Shown: positions 39,701 through 53,142 of the stretch, in pieces | Layout of the letters: each line of letters begins with the position of its first letter | Position numbering within the stretch: the stretch's first letter is position 1 | NCBI GenBank assembly: GCA_951406725.2 | Contig: OX597828.1 | Location: forward strand, 64,542,001 to 64,606,000 | From: Octopus vulgaris | Taxonomy: Eukaryota | Direction: 5' to 3' | DNA length: 64,000 nucleotides | Notes under the pieces: model-generated | Database searches by the model: none | What the model was told of the DNA's origin: nothing | What the model saw: only the letters and a program-made list of their open reading frames with translations | Program-made: the position numbers and the translations under genes

Positions 39701-40255
39701 GAGTGAGAGAGCAGTGCATGCCATCAAAGTGACACTGGTGTAAAATATACGAGGCCCAATATACCCATCATGACTACCCGTCTGATAAGGGTACACCAGG
39801 CACATGCATCACAACCATATGTGCGCGACATGGTGATCTCATATCAAGATAAACAGCACATGACCTTGCAGGTGGGGCCCAGTTAGAATTTTCTTCAGGT
39901 TGAGTAGCCCATCCCGCTCAAAAGGTCCCTGAATAAGGGTTATTTAAGGATGTTGAAAGAACCACCCATGTTTCCAGAGGTGAATTATTCAAACCCCAAA
40001 GAATCCCTCTCAACACATGGCTATGATGCTCCCCCACTACTTCTGCTCGTGATCAGAGATGCACATATCGTCAGCCACTAAGGGACATGCTCAAGTGGTT
40101 AAGGTCAAACAACTGACAAGCAAATATGTGGTATTGAGCAGAATATTTGCTGTAGCCCATCTTTTATACCAAGACAAAACAATGTACATGATAACACTTC
40201 CAATCAATTAAGATCAGAAGCCATGAGAGCCACTGCCTGGTACTGCATCAGGGCA
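39701..40255. mobile_element. ~550-bp non-coding interspersed element inserted in (TTA)n
   Basis: An inverted, diverged second copy lies at ~52271-52790, also abutting (TAA)n. Confidence 0.7.
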
Positions 40256-40309
<54 letters not shown>

Positions 40310-40428
40310 GTATATATACACACAAATATACAAAAGGCTTCTTTCAGTTTCCGTTTACCAATCCACTCACAAAGCTATAATATAGCCCGTGGCTATAGTA
40401 TAGACACTTGCCCAAGGTGCCATATATA

Positions 40429-40484
<56 letters not shown>

Positions 40485-40509
40485 AATTAAACCGCACTTG
40501 TGTTTCTTA

Positions 40510-40545
<36 letters not shown>

Positions 40546-42348
40546 TGTTTGTATATTCGAGTGAGTGGACAAACGAAAGAAAAGCACTCATTTATTGGGA
40601 GTTACATGTATGGATCGTCGAACGACAAGGACGAGTGCTCAACATCGCATTGGGGGATAGAATTTGTCAATTTCTGTGTTAGGCTACCATTGGTCTATAT
40701 TTATTTACTTTATAATTATTAAAGCTGCAAAAACATCACAAAAATTTCACAAAAAACTGCTACTCGGTGTTTCACGTTAGTGGTACCGGAAGTAGTTACT
40801 CTGCCTCCAGTATTCAAATACTATTTTTTCCCCAACTTGTTTCACATTTATGTGCTTACTTTGGTATATATATATATATAGATAGATAGATATATAGATA
40901 TATATAGCGCACACACATTGGCTGAGTAACCCATCGTTGCCGAGTAATTTTCACAATAGAATGTCTTGGTGGACTATCGCAATAGCACACTCACGTAAGA
41001 TGGATTTTCTCTGTTCTGAGGGAGATTTTTCAAATGTTTCTTTCAGCACACCCTTGCAAATGATTGGGGGAAGCCTCATATGAAAAAGTAATTTTGAAAA
41101 CTTATGAAATTCCTTCAAACCTATTCAGACCCGGTTTTGACCAATACTTTTTCTTCTTCTTTTTTTCACTACGCACTTAAAACGATAGGAAAAAACTCGA
41201 AGGTTGAAAACAGAAAAAAGAAACTGAAAAATTTAGGAAGTTTCAATCCCCATTCCCTTTCTTTTCAAACAGAAAATTAAACGTAATTTAAAAACAATAT
41301 TGAAATGTTTTAGAATATTGTCATTAACCTCGCGCTCACCACATAAGTCCTAAAATTTTGGCTTCTTTTCCATTTTTTAAATTTATACTTTTAAAATAAG
41401 GACAGTCCGAATCTGCAAATTTGTTTCTGCTTATAATTTCAAAATAATTTTTAGACGTAAAGGTGATTTAAGGAAGATTTAGCAGTTGTTTCTAGTACAT
41501 CCCATAACAGCCTGGTACCTTCCTCGCTTCTTTATCATGTTTTGATATCTTTCAATATCACCCCCCCCCCCAGATTTTAAGGAACAATGATGCTGCGGTT
41601 CATTGCTGGGATATAAGCAACAGTAGCAAAACCTTTATTTAAATGTTTAACCCCCACCCCGCATCAAGCGTAGGGAGAGAGAGGGGAGAGAGATGGAGAG
41701 AGAGAGAGAGAGAGACAGCGAGATCTTTTCTGTCGCTATGACAAGTTTTGAAATTTTTAAATTAAGTGAAAATGTTCAAATTTGGTATATTGGTGTACTT
41801 TTTCACGATGGATCCGAGTTTATAATTCATTTTGTAAAGAAAAAAGAAAAATGTTACAGAGGTTTAAAATTCGTTCATTTCCACTCACTCAGAAAGCACT
41901 GTTACATATGTTTAACCTATTTCACTCCGATAACGGGTTACTCAGCATATGGAATCTTCGCTCGACACACTGTTTCAATAGCTGGGATATTTTAGAAACA
42001 GCTGTTAGAGACTATCTAAATCTTTTATTAGACAGCAAAATGAAATGCCCTTGTCAAGTCTTGCCGGACTGTTTGTCTTATACATTAACTTATACCTACC
42101 GGCTCAAGGGGAAGCCACTTCTAGCCGCTTTGGATAAGGCAGTTTCAAAGTTACACCTTCAACTGCGATTCGAACTGGAATTTTAGATGCATATCTATTG
42201 AAGCACTAAGAGCGCACACTTATTAGTTTGAATCACCCTGAGGGAGGAGGATGAGGCGATTCGGTGAAAGCCAATGGATCTATGGAGTGCGAAGAATTGG
42301 ATTCTTCCCTGAGCTCTCCTCACATGTGAGTTTTTCGCCAAAAACAAC

Positions 42349-42415
42349 ATGGGATCGCTTCCTCACCCACCCTATTCACCAAATTTAGCACCTGCAGACT
42401 TCCAATTTCTTTCAA
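42349..42415 (+). pseudogene. Tiny mariner transposase fragment
   Basis: LPHPPYSPNLAPADF corresponds to the mariner YSPDLAPxD motif. Confidence 0.6.
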
Positions 42416-43777
42416 ATTTAAGCATTGTCCGTTATTGTTTCGGATTTTTACGTTCTGAGTTCAAATCTCACCGAAGGGAGATTTACCTTTTAATTTCTTT
42501 TTCTTTGTCTTTTGAAGCTGATAAAATAAAAATCCAATCACGTGGTAGAATCGATATAATCGGATGCTCTTCTTCCCCAAATTTCTAAACCAAATCACTA
42601 TTTTTTACTAGTTTTCTTTTACATTATCACCAAAGTTTGTAGATGGAGGTAAAAATCTACTCCACCGACTGGGTAGCCCCCCCCCCCCACTACACCCAAC
42701 CACAATATCCCCTTCCCTCTCTTTGGTCCCTTGAATGAGAATCCATTTTGTTGCCTGGATTTTTGTAAGGTTCCTCCATCTGAACATAACTTCCTTACTT
42801 CATCTCCCCAACCATCGAACCATCAACGCTGTCATTTCTAATCTCACCAAACTATTAACAAAACACTATGGTAAAGAACTCAGCTTGCATCTCGAGAGCT
42901 GCGGGTTCGAGTCCTGTCACTGTCTGTTGATAACTTTTTCCCCGTCTTATAAGATTAATGATATCAAATCTTTCTGCTGCTTTCACGGCTAGACTCCATT
43001 CGAAATATTACCTTCTCGTCTGTATAAATAATACGATCAAGAAAAATATTTTATAATAAAGATAAGATGATGTGATCTTCACGACTTTCCCAGCAATAAG
43101 AAAAAAAAATGCCTCCTGCTTTATCTAGCTGTCTCCTGTATATTTTCTAATATATCGACCCCAATTGTTGACTGGTACGTGAGTTTATCGAATCCAGGAG
43201 GATACAGGATAAAGCCGACATCGGCGGGATTTGAAATCAGAGCTAAAGAGACGAAATTATACACCACAAGATATGAAGTTCGTTTCTTTACCAATCGTGG
43301 CAACAAGGAACCAAACAGTAATCATCTTAATGATTATAATGAGAATAAGAAGTATACATGCATCTGCGTGTGTGTGTGTGCGCACGCATACATACACACA
43401 TATACAAACACATACATAGATATATACGTGTGCATGTATTTGTGTGTGGTGTTGTGATAGTGTGTATCAGTGTGTGCGTGTGTGTGTGTCTGTGTATGCG
43501 TGTGATTGCATTGACGTTTTAGTATGTATGTGTATATCTTTTATTTCTTTTCTTTCGAACGATCTCCTCTTCCTTCTCTTTTCCATTCCCCACCTCCACA
43601 CACACACACACACACACACACCGCCAATCATCCTTATTTAACTTCTTCCCCCTGTCCCTCCTCTACCCTCAACCACCCATACATACCACCGACAATCCAC
43701 CCGTCATACCCACAATACTACCAGCACCCCACCTTCCTTCGCCTCTTTAACAGTTTCATTAAGTCTTCGCTCTGTAC

Positions 43778-43857
<80 letters not shown>

Positions 43858-43940
43858 GTCTGTTCCCGCTGCACGTGTCGCTGACCGCATTGCTTCGTTA
43901 AGGACTCTTCAACGGGACACAACTTAACAACACGGCCACA

Positions 43941-43977
<37 letters not shown>

Positions 43978-46838
43978 GTCTGTTTACATACATACCTTGC
44001 ATATACATTGACGAACACAAATACGTACACGCTCTCACATCCACACACACACATGTATGTGTTTATGTATGTATATATGTATGTATCTATGTATATCTAT
44101 CTATACCTATATATATATAGGTATAGACAGATAGATACATATATGCATATACATACATGTACATATATATATATATATACGTACACACACACACATATAT
44201 ATGTACATATTTGTATATGTCTTTGTGCGTGTGCACATAAATGCTTATACACACACACGTATACGTATTCATTTATGTGTCTACGTATATGTATGTATGT
44301 ATGTATGTATGTATCTATCTATCTATCTATCTATATCTATCTACCTATATATATATATATATACACACACACATATACTATTCTATCCATTTACTCACAC
44401 ATACCACTCCACCTCCACCCCCACTCCATCCCACAATCTACCCACATGCTGTGACGTCACTGGTTAATCAGTCTTGTTCCACCCCACTCGCTCTTCTTTT
44501 ATTTCTTTATCTCCTTAATAGTTCCGTTACCAATAATGTGTTCTTTAACTTGGCACCAACCCTCAAACTACACCCCGACCACTATTAACACTACCACCAT
44601 CATCACCATCATCACTACCACCATCACCATCATCACCACCACCACTATCTCAGGTCATCAGTAGTGGTTCGAACTGCACGTGATAGCAGCCAATACTCCC
44701 TCAAAGCACAGAGTACTTTCGTCTTGAGTAAGGATAAAATTATTAATGTATTCAAAGATAGATGATTAAACGCCATGGCCATGGGTGGAACGCCTGTGAT
44801 AATTGGCTCGCAGAATCCGACTGACCTGGGGCTACAGAACAACAATCACGATCAACTACACGAGCACCACTGCCATCGCCAATGGCAACAACAAGAACAA
44901 GACTGCAGCAATTATTACCACCATACTACAACAACAACTGCAATACTACCACCGAGACCCCCCCCACCCATCATCATCATCATCCTCCTCTTCCTCATCA
45001 TCATCACTATTAAGCACCACCATCACTATCGTTTATACAACCATATCAGCAGCGCCAACACCACCACCAATAACAACAACAACAACACTATCACTGTTAC
45101 CACATTAACAGCACCATTCACCCTAGCCCCCATCACACACCACACCAAGAGCAACACCACTACCATCATATTCATACCCGCCATTACCGCCACCACCACC
45201 AGTACTACTACTACTACTACTACTACTGCCATCATCGTCCTTACAACTCCATCAATACAACAAGGAAACAGACGCAAAACAAAAGCAGACGCAACAAAAT
45301 GATACGCACACTGACATAAGCACACACACACACACAGTGTGAACATGCGCATGCACACACAAGTTGAATTAAACGCAGAGGAAAGAACCCACATAGAGAA
45401 ATACCAAGATGCACGCACAAAAAACATACACACACATACATACACACGCATACATACACGCACACACGCGCGCACAATCAAGAACGTACAGAAACAAATA
45501 CATTCACTTAACACATACAGGCATCCACATACACACATATAACTGCATACAAACACAAAGGCAAACTCATACACGCACACACACACAAGCAAAACACCGA
45601 GGTAACATATGCACACATACACACATACACACGCACTGGCCCCCCACACACATTTAACCATACCCTCCTCCCTACACACACATTCACATCAAATACCTCC
45701 CACCGTCACCTACACTCTCCACCAACTACGCACCATGAAACTATTTTTCTTGCACAGCCCAATACAAAAGACTCTTAGCTGCCCGTCAGCTCGTTACACA
45801 CATCATGTCCCGTAACAATAGATGTAGTAGTAATAACACGTGCACAAAACATACACTTATATACCGCCTCCCCACCATATATATGCCTCAGTGTGTGCGT
45901 GCGCGCGCGCTTACTAATAGCTGGATAAAATACACATATTCACATTTGTGATAAACCTATAGTTTCACCATCACATGGTTCGTCAGGTAATACTTGATTA
46001 GCTTACGTGACTCTACCTTGTCATTTGTCGTTAAAATCACTGCTATACGCTCTATAGCTTTGTTTCAAAGTTCTAAACGTCGATTGACATCAGTTGATAT
46101 GATGATTATGGAATCTATGCGTTTATGTGCTTAAACTTGTGTAGAGGGAATAAAATTTTGAGTTTAAATTCAAAGGATGGGGATATTTTAAACTTTTTCT
46201 CTCGATCGCAGCCTTTTTTTCTGAATGCACACGCTCAAAATATTCTGGAGTAGATTCATAGCGATTTTTCTTTAAGGTCCACACACCATGATATACGATG
46301 CTTCGTATGTTTTCGTCTACTAAAGACAATCTGTTCCAATAAAGCTAACGTTCAGTGGAGAAGGAAACAGATATTTTTCAATTGTTATTAGTTATGCTGT
46401 CAGTGGATTATAATAGATACCATTGACTCTAATAATATTTATATTATACCATAATGGCTAGAGTGTTTGGTTCATGATTACATTGCCTTGGGTTCAATTC
46501 ATGGTCCGGGTGATGCGTTGTGTTCTTCAGCAAGACATTTCATTTCACGTTGTTCAATCCTTCTCAGCTGAAAATGAGCATTAGTCGATTAGCAGTGCTT
46601 CTCTCTTACTCTCTCTTTCACTCTTTTACTCTCTTTCTTCCTCTCTCTCTTTCTCCAGCAGTTGCCACCCGGATGTACCGTTGGATCAAAGGGAGGGATA
46701 ATCAAGAGTGTGTCTTTGTCAGCTCGCGATTACACAGGCACTTAAATTAGTCAACGGAAGCATGGTACAGGTTAGCAAGCCGTAGCTGCTTGCGAGTGAC
46801 GGCTGGGTTTTAATTGTTCATGTCTGAAACCCATTGGA

Positions 46839-46891
<53 letters not shown>

Positions 46892-47462
46892 ATATATGTA
46901 CACTGTTGCTCACCTTGTAAGTATGTATCTAAATTCTGTACGATTCTTTTACTCTTTCTTTTAGCCCCCCTCATACTTTCTTCTTTCTTTCCTCTTTTCT
47001 TTTCCTCGCTCCCCCCCTCTCACATTTCTTGGTCTTCTCTTTAATCTCCCTACTTTCCCTCGTTTATCTCCCATGTACCTTTCTTTATATCCCTTTGATT
47101 TTCTCTCTTTCTTGTTCTTCCCCTGATTCTTCAAACCCTCTGCCTCCTACCTCTCTCCTTTCCTTCCACGTGACCAGTTTTCGGCTGAGCATGATCTTTC
47201 TTTTTTGGCTCGACTGCCGGTCGTGAAGTATCTCTTATATTCCTGTCTCATGGCTTTCATCTCTTACGTTCATCTCCTATGTTCCTGCCTCAAGGCCTTC
47301 ACTCCACACACGCCAGCTCAACTTTATTCGTCTTCACTGGTCGAAAAGCCTGTTGTTATTTTCTTGCTTGTATTTGAAATTGTTCCGTCTATTTGTCTTT
47401 GTTATCGTACCCATTCGCTTGCTTTATCGCCCCAAATTTAATGCTCTTATCTTAGATTTTGG

Positions 47463-47536
47463 GGCCAGCCAGATTTGAACAGTCTCGAGTGTAACCGGCC
47501 GAAACTGTAAGGATGATCTGGAAACTTGACTGATGA
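47463..47536 (+). ncRNA. Putative permuted hammerhead ribozyme, copy 3 (GUC triplet)
   Basis: GGCC/GGCC (II), CCAGATT/GATCTGG (extra), ACAGT/ACTGT (III), GUC with predicted cut after 47484, TCGAGT/ACTTGA (I), then CTGATGA at 47530-47536. Confidence 0.75.
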
Positions 47537-48079
47537 GAGAGGGCTGCGAATAACCCATCTTTGTTTTTCCTTGTCCTTTTTGTTGTTTTTCTTGTCTGTC
47601 TTTGTATCATCTATCTGTCCGGATGTTTTATTGTCGTCTGTTGCGTACTTGTTCCATTTTTGTATGCGTGTATGTATGTATGTATGTATGTATGTATGTA
47701 TGTATGTATGTATGTATGTATGTACGTATGTATGTGTGTGTGTATATATGTATATATATATGTTTATGTGTGTGTGTGTATGTATTCATATATGTATATA
47801 TGTACTTTAACTTATGTATGTTAGCAAATAATGTAAAAATTGCCAAGGAAACCGAAAAAGGGAGTTTTATGAATGACGTCCTTGGATATTTGTTTTGCAT
47901 CTAGGTACAAAAGAATCCCTTGTTACTTTCGCCACTCGAAAGGGAGTGAACCAGTGATTAATTCATTAGAAACTTGTAACCAACGATGCACATTTTCACT
48001 GATTGTCACCTGAAACATTGCTTAAACAATTGGTTTCCTCTCTCAGTAAGAAAAGTTCCTCTTATTACTATTATTATTT

Positions 48080-48515
48080 TTGTCTCGGTTTGTTAGTCTT
48101 AATGGTTAGGTCATGGTAATTTGCTAATTTCTCTACACCTCCCATGTTGACTTTCTCGTCATTTGGGACCGTAAAGTCATTTACCAGGTACTTTATATTC
48201 CCTTTGCCTTCTACTACTAAACCAGGCCTTCTAGCTTCTATTACTGTCAGTCAGAATGTTAAAGTCCCACAACATCTTATAATTGCCTACTTTCTAGTAC
48301 TTTACTCGGTTTATGTTCATTTGTCAATATGGTTAAATCCTAGATTTCTGCATAACTCCCAGTGGATTATTCTTCCTGGGTTGTCATAGCTTCTCTTGTA
48401 TTCTTTCTGTGCCAGGATGCTACATTTACTATATGAGGGACATTACTTTCTTTGATGTACATGACCGACATTGAGATTCTAGCTGGTTTTTGTCCAATTA
48501 GTCCTCAATGCTCGA

Positions 48516-48520
<5 letters not shown>
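48080..48520 (-). mobile_element. R4/Dong-like RLE fragment
   Basis: KCSILAQKEYKRSYD..RIIHWELC..MLWDFNI..IEARRPGLVV..NDFTVPND; next to (TTA)n. Confidence 0.7.
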
Positions 48521-48591
<71 letters not shown>

Positions 48592-48597
48592 TTTATT

Positions 48598-48896
48598 ATG
48601 AGGGTGCATGGCTTAGCGGGGGTGTTGCACTCACGATCGCAAGATCGTGATTTCAATTCCTAGACCGGGTGGTGCGTTGTATTCTTGAGCAAAAAACATC
48701 ACCTCATGTTGTTCTACGATCATTTCAACACCTGACGCGTGGCACACCTGTGCACATGACTAGATATCGTCGATTTGATGGAGGGACAGGTGAGCTAATG
48801 TGCAACACGAACATTCAATCACTTTAAACAAACCATTTGTGCATGTCGTTCGGAGAAAGCTGAATACCCGTACGCCGTCTTCGACTGGAAAGTCCA

Positions 48897-48900
<4 letters not shown>
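48598..48900 (+). mobile_element. tRNA-derived SINE (another family) between (TTA)n tracts
   Basis: Head GGTGCATGGCTTAG...GATTTCAATTCCTAGACCGGG resembles the family C head; a related piece lies at ~46450-46580. Confidence 0.55.
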
Positions 48901-48987
<87 letters not shown>

Positions 48988-50303
48988 CTTTATACCAACT
49001 GACAAAGGTAAACCAAAATCTAAGTAGCGTAGGGTGCAGAGATGATAGCAACAGGATTTTCGCTTGGGATGGGGTCACATAACCATCAAGGAAAATAAGA
49101 GCGACCACCGAGACTCTCAAATCATACCAAAAACAAAAAGACAAAGACCAAAAAAAAAACGGAAGAATATTTTGGATACTGTTGTCCTGGAAGAACTTTG
49201 CTCATCGTTGAGATGTGTCTAGTCATTAGTCTGTTCAGTGAAATCTTACATAGCAACGAACAACAGAAATATAAACAGCAATAAAACCACTACCAACAAC
49301 AACAACAACAACACCAGCAACAACAACCATAATAAAACAATAACAACACAAATATTTTCTCGTTTTCGAAACTTGGACAAATTTGACAATGCAACCCTAG
49401 CCACGAAATAATTCTAGTCATAAATGTAGTTATGACTGCAACTAAAGCTATTATCAACATGGCTCATAATAAAAATCATAGCTACGACTTTAGTTACGAC
49501 CAAGGTAATAAACAATAATCATAGCGAACCAACGAAGGCGCCCATACATGGTCGCCTGTCTTGCTAGAAATATCAAACAAATATCACTCAAATCGGGCGT
49601 ACTAGACTCTTAAAAAGAAAAGCTATGATTGTGAGTGATGTGGTGGTACTTACGCTATATCTGACAAGGTAAAAAGACGAGATGGTCAAAGCTGTAACGC
49701 CTTTGATCATTAGTTTTGTTGGATCAGGGCTGAAAGGAGGCTGGTGATGGGGGGTGGGGGGCAAACTACGACAATGATAACAATAACAACAAGAACAGCG
49801 CAGATCATAACTTGAAGGCAAAAAGTAAAAACCGGTCGGTTGATGGAAATGAAAGCTGGATGAAGAGTTTCACACTTCAACAACCAATTATTGCCACAGA
49901 TAGGAGGACCCTTACTCTCTGAACTGCATAAGCATTACTATGGAAAAAAGAAAAAGAAATCTAAAGAATAAATAGTGAATTATAAAACGGTACCCTTATT
50001 TCATGTGTAAGGTCCTTCCGGCACAAATCAAGGGTAAAGGAAACGGGACGGGTGCGGTGGCGGTGTAAACAAGGCTCCCCCCACACCTTTATTGGTTATT
50101 TAGAATTTGTACTGATTGTCGGTATTGGACAACAATACACTTCTTTCTTCCTTCCTGTCTTTCTTTCCCTCTTTCTTTCTTTCTTTGTCTTTCTTCCTTC
50201 CTTTCTTTCCACGTCTTTCTTTCTGTCCGCATCACATCATCGTCGGGGAAGAATTATAGGCAACAACAATAACAATAACAACTACAACAATCAATCAATC
50301 AAT

Positions 50304-50349
<46 letters not shown>

Positions 50350-50402
50350 GCACACATATACGCACACATATACGCACACATGTATATACACACTATATAT
50401 AC

Positions 50403-50453
<51 letters not shown>

Positions 50454-50969
50454 AAACATTCATACAACTAAAGAAAGAAGGAAAACTTTAAAAACAAAAT
50501 TGAAAAGACAACCAAGAAAACTAGAAAGAGAGCGGAGGAAGAACAACGACAGAAAGAGAAGAAGAAAACTGAAAGAAAAACGAAGGAAAATGAAGGAAAC
50601 AAAGAATGAATGCAGAAAAGAACCAAAAAGGAAAATAATGAAGGAAGGAAGGCAGGAGGAAAGGAAGGAATGAAGGAAAGAAAGAGAAAAGAAGAAAAAG
50701 ATCAAAGGAACGAGATTGCAATTAGAAGGTAAGCGGTGATCATTCATCTAAACAACCGGAAGTAAACATTTCAATGTCTCTTATATATAACAGTGTCGTA
50801 ATAAATGAATAAATGAAAACTCAGAGACGCCATCTTCACGAGAGACAATAGTTAAGTTAGCTTCAATAAGTTAGTATACTTAATGTAGGAGACATTAAAA
50901 ATCGAGCAGTAATTATTATGATATTACGCGCACGCACATACACACACAGACGCGCACATTTATGTGTGT

Positions 50970-51010
<41 letters not shown>

Positions 51011-51092
51011 CTTTATTTTAAGCAGCAGAAAATTCAACAAAATTTTATGAGTGTGTTCATCAGACAGTTTTTGCTAGAATCTAGATTCTAGC

Positions 51093-51140
51093 AAAAACTG
51101 TCTGATGAACGGCAACGAGAAACTCAGAGTAACAGATTTT
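51093..51140 (+). ncRNA. Minimal type I hammerhead ribozyme within a fold-back (51012-51167)
   Basis: CTGT-CTGATGA-ACGGCAACGA-GAAAC-TCAGA-GTA-ACAG. The same family occurs at ~20510-20675 and ~40720-40865. Confidence 0.75.
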
Positions 51141-51233
51141 GTTGAATTTTCTGCTGCTTAAAATAAAGCATATTATACCACTGGTATTTGAGTACTCTTT
51201 TTCCACCTTGTTTCACATTTATGTGTTTACTCC

Positions 51234-51283
<50 letters not shown>

Positions 51284-51297
51284 TGTGTGTGTATATG

Positions 51298-51328
<31 letters not shown>

Positions 51329-52172
51329 AGTGTTATCCGGCGATTATAGTGCCTGTCAGAACATATGCATACAGTTATGTGCTTTGACTTCAGCAGTCGA
51401 GCATTTCAGCTCTTATTTCTAGCAACGTAGGTGTTTAAAACACCCTAGTTGTGTTTAGTGACAGTTATAGTTTTCCTTCTGGTTAAACATTGCACACGTC
51501 TGTTTATATTGATTTTATAGTCACACATACACACAGAGACATAAATGTATCTATCTGTACATACAAGCATGCACATACGCTGTTAGCCTCAATAAATACA
51601 GAAGAAAATATCAGTCATGTTTCGGTGTAATTATAACCTTTTCAGTGAAATATAGGTATCCCTGCATTTGCGAATGTAACCATCGAACAATCTCTTAGTG
51701 TATGTGCAAGAAGGTCCACTGTTTAGCCTTAAATTTAAACGGTGTAATTGTTTCAGGTTGATTCTATAAGCATTCTCCTAACTCCTAACTAGATCGATAA
51801 ACAAATTACCTGCAGGTGGTCGAGTGTACAAACTAATCTAGGTGCGTATATTTGGGATAGCTGTGTGGCGAAACGTTCGTCATCTTCTCCGACTGGAGAT
51901 TGCCAATTCAGATCAATTAGGCGGAATCTGCCATCGAAGCATATGAATTTGATATGAACAACACTTTTAATCCTGCTATATACATAAGTAATAATTTCTA
52001 AGACAGCAACAAATTCGGGGGAGAATTAAGAACCTCGATACTCGAATGATACTATATTTTATCGGCCCCAAAAGGATGAAAGTAAATTTCAGAGGGATTT
52101 GGACGCAAAATGCATACAGCTGGAACTAATACTGCATCAAGTCTATCAATCCCACATGAACAACAATAATAT

Positions 52173-52273
<101 letters not shown>

Positions 52274-52789
52274 GCTCAGAGGCGATACTAGGCAGTAGCT
52301 CTCATGTCTTCTTAACCGACTGGAAGTGTTAACTTGTGCATGTTTTTTTTGTCTTGGTATAAAAGATGAGCTACAGCAAATATTCTGCTCAATACCACAG
52401 ATCTTCCTGTTTAGTTAAGTGGCTGACGATGTGTGCGTTTCTGGTCATGAACGGGAGTAGTGGGAGAACATCATAGCCATGTGTGGAGAGGGATTCTTTG
52501 GGGTTTGAATAATCTACCCCAGGAAAACATCGGCGTTTCGTTCATCATCCTTAAACAACCCTTATTCAGTAAACTTCTGAGCAGCTTGGGCTACTCGACC
52601 TGAAGAAAATTCTAACTGGGCCTTAAGTGCAAGGTAATGCGCTGTTCATCCTGAGATGAGATCACCATGTCGCACACATATGTTTGTGGTGCATGTGCCT
52701 AGTGTACTCTTATCAGACGGGTAGTCATGATGGGTATACTGGGCTTCGTATATTTTCAACCCAGTGTCACTTTGATGCGTACTGTTCTA

Positions 52790-53130
52790 CCCACGAACAG
52801 GCAAGAAAGAAGGCAAAAAAATAGATAAATACAACCCTCTTAAGTACCAAATAGCCCCGCTATGGAAACTGAAGAAGGTGAAGATAATATCAATTATTGT
52901 TGGGCCCTTGGGAACAGTATCAGAAGACATCAAGTAAAATATAAAGGAAATTGGAATAGAGTGCCCAGTAGAACTGTTACAAAAGGTTTGCCTCCTTGGC
53001 ACGGCCAGAATAATCAGGAAAGTATTAGCTGAAAAAAAACCCCAATAGCATGGTACCGTAGGCCGCAGGTAGTAAGCCCGCTACGCAGGCAAGACTCCAG
53101 GAGCTCCAACAAAACCTGTGATAAAGAAAT
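52790..53130 (+). mobile_element. 3' end of an R4/Dong-like LINE with a (TAA)n tail
   Basis: KKIDKYNPLKYQIAPLWK..IIVGPLG..LLQKVCLLGTARIIRKVL. Confidence 0.7.
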
Positions 53131-53142
53131 AATAATAATAAT

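Noticed and set aside
42722-42742. TTTGGTCCC miR-133-like start, and a miR-9-like TTATCTAGCTGT at ~43121
   Set aside because: Only short partial matches with no hairpin.
46123-46340. Weak RTE-like peptide (IVYHGVWTLKK...FER)
   Set aside because: Too degenerate to call.
47535-47560. GCGAAT suggesting an HDV-like ribozyme
   Set aside because: No P1/P3/P1.1 architecture, not conserved in the other copies, and the hammerhead mapping explains the covariation.
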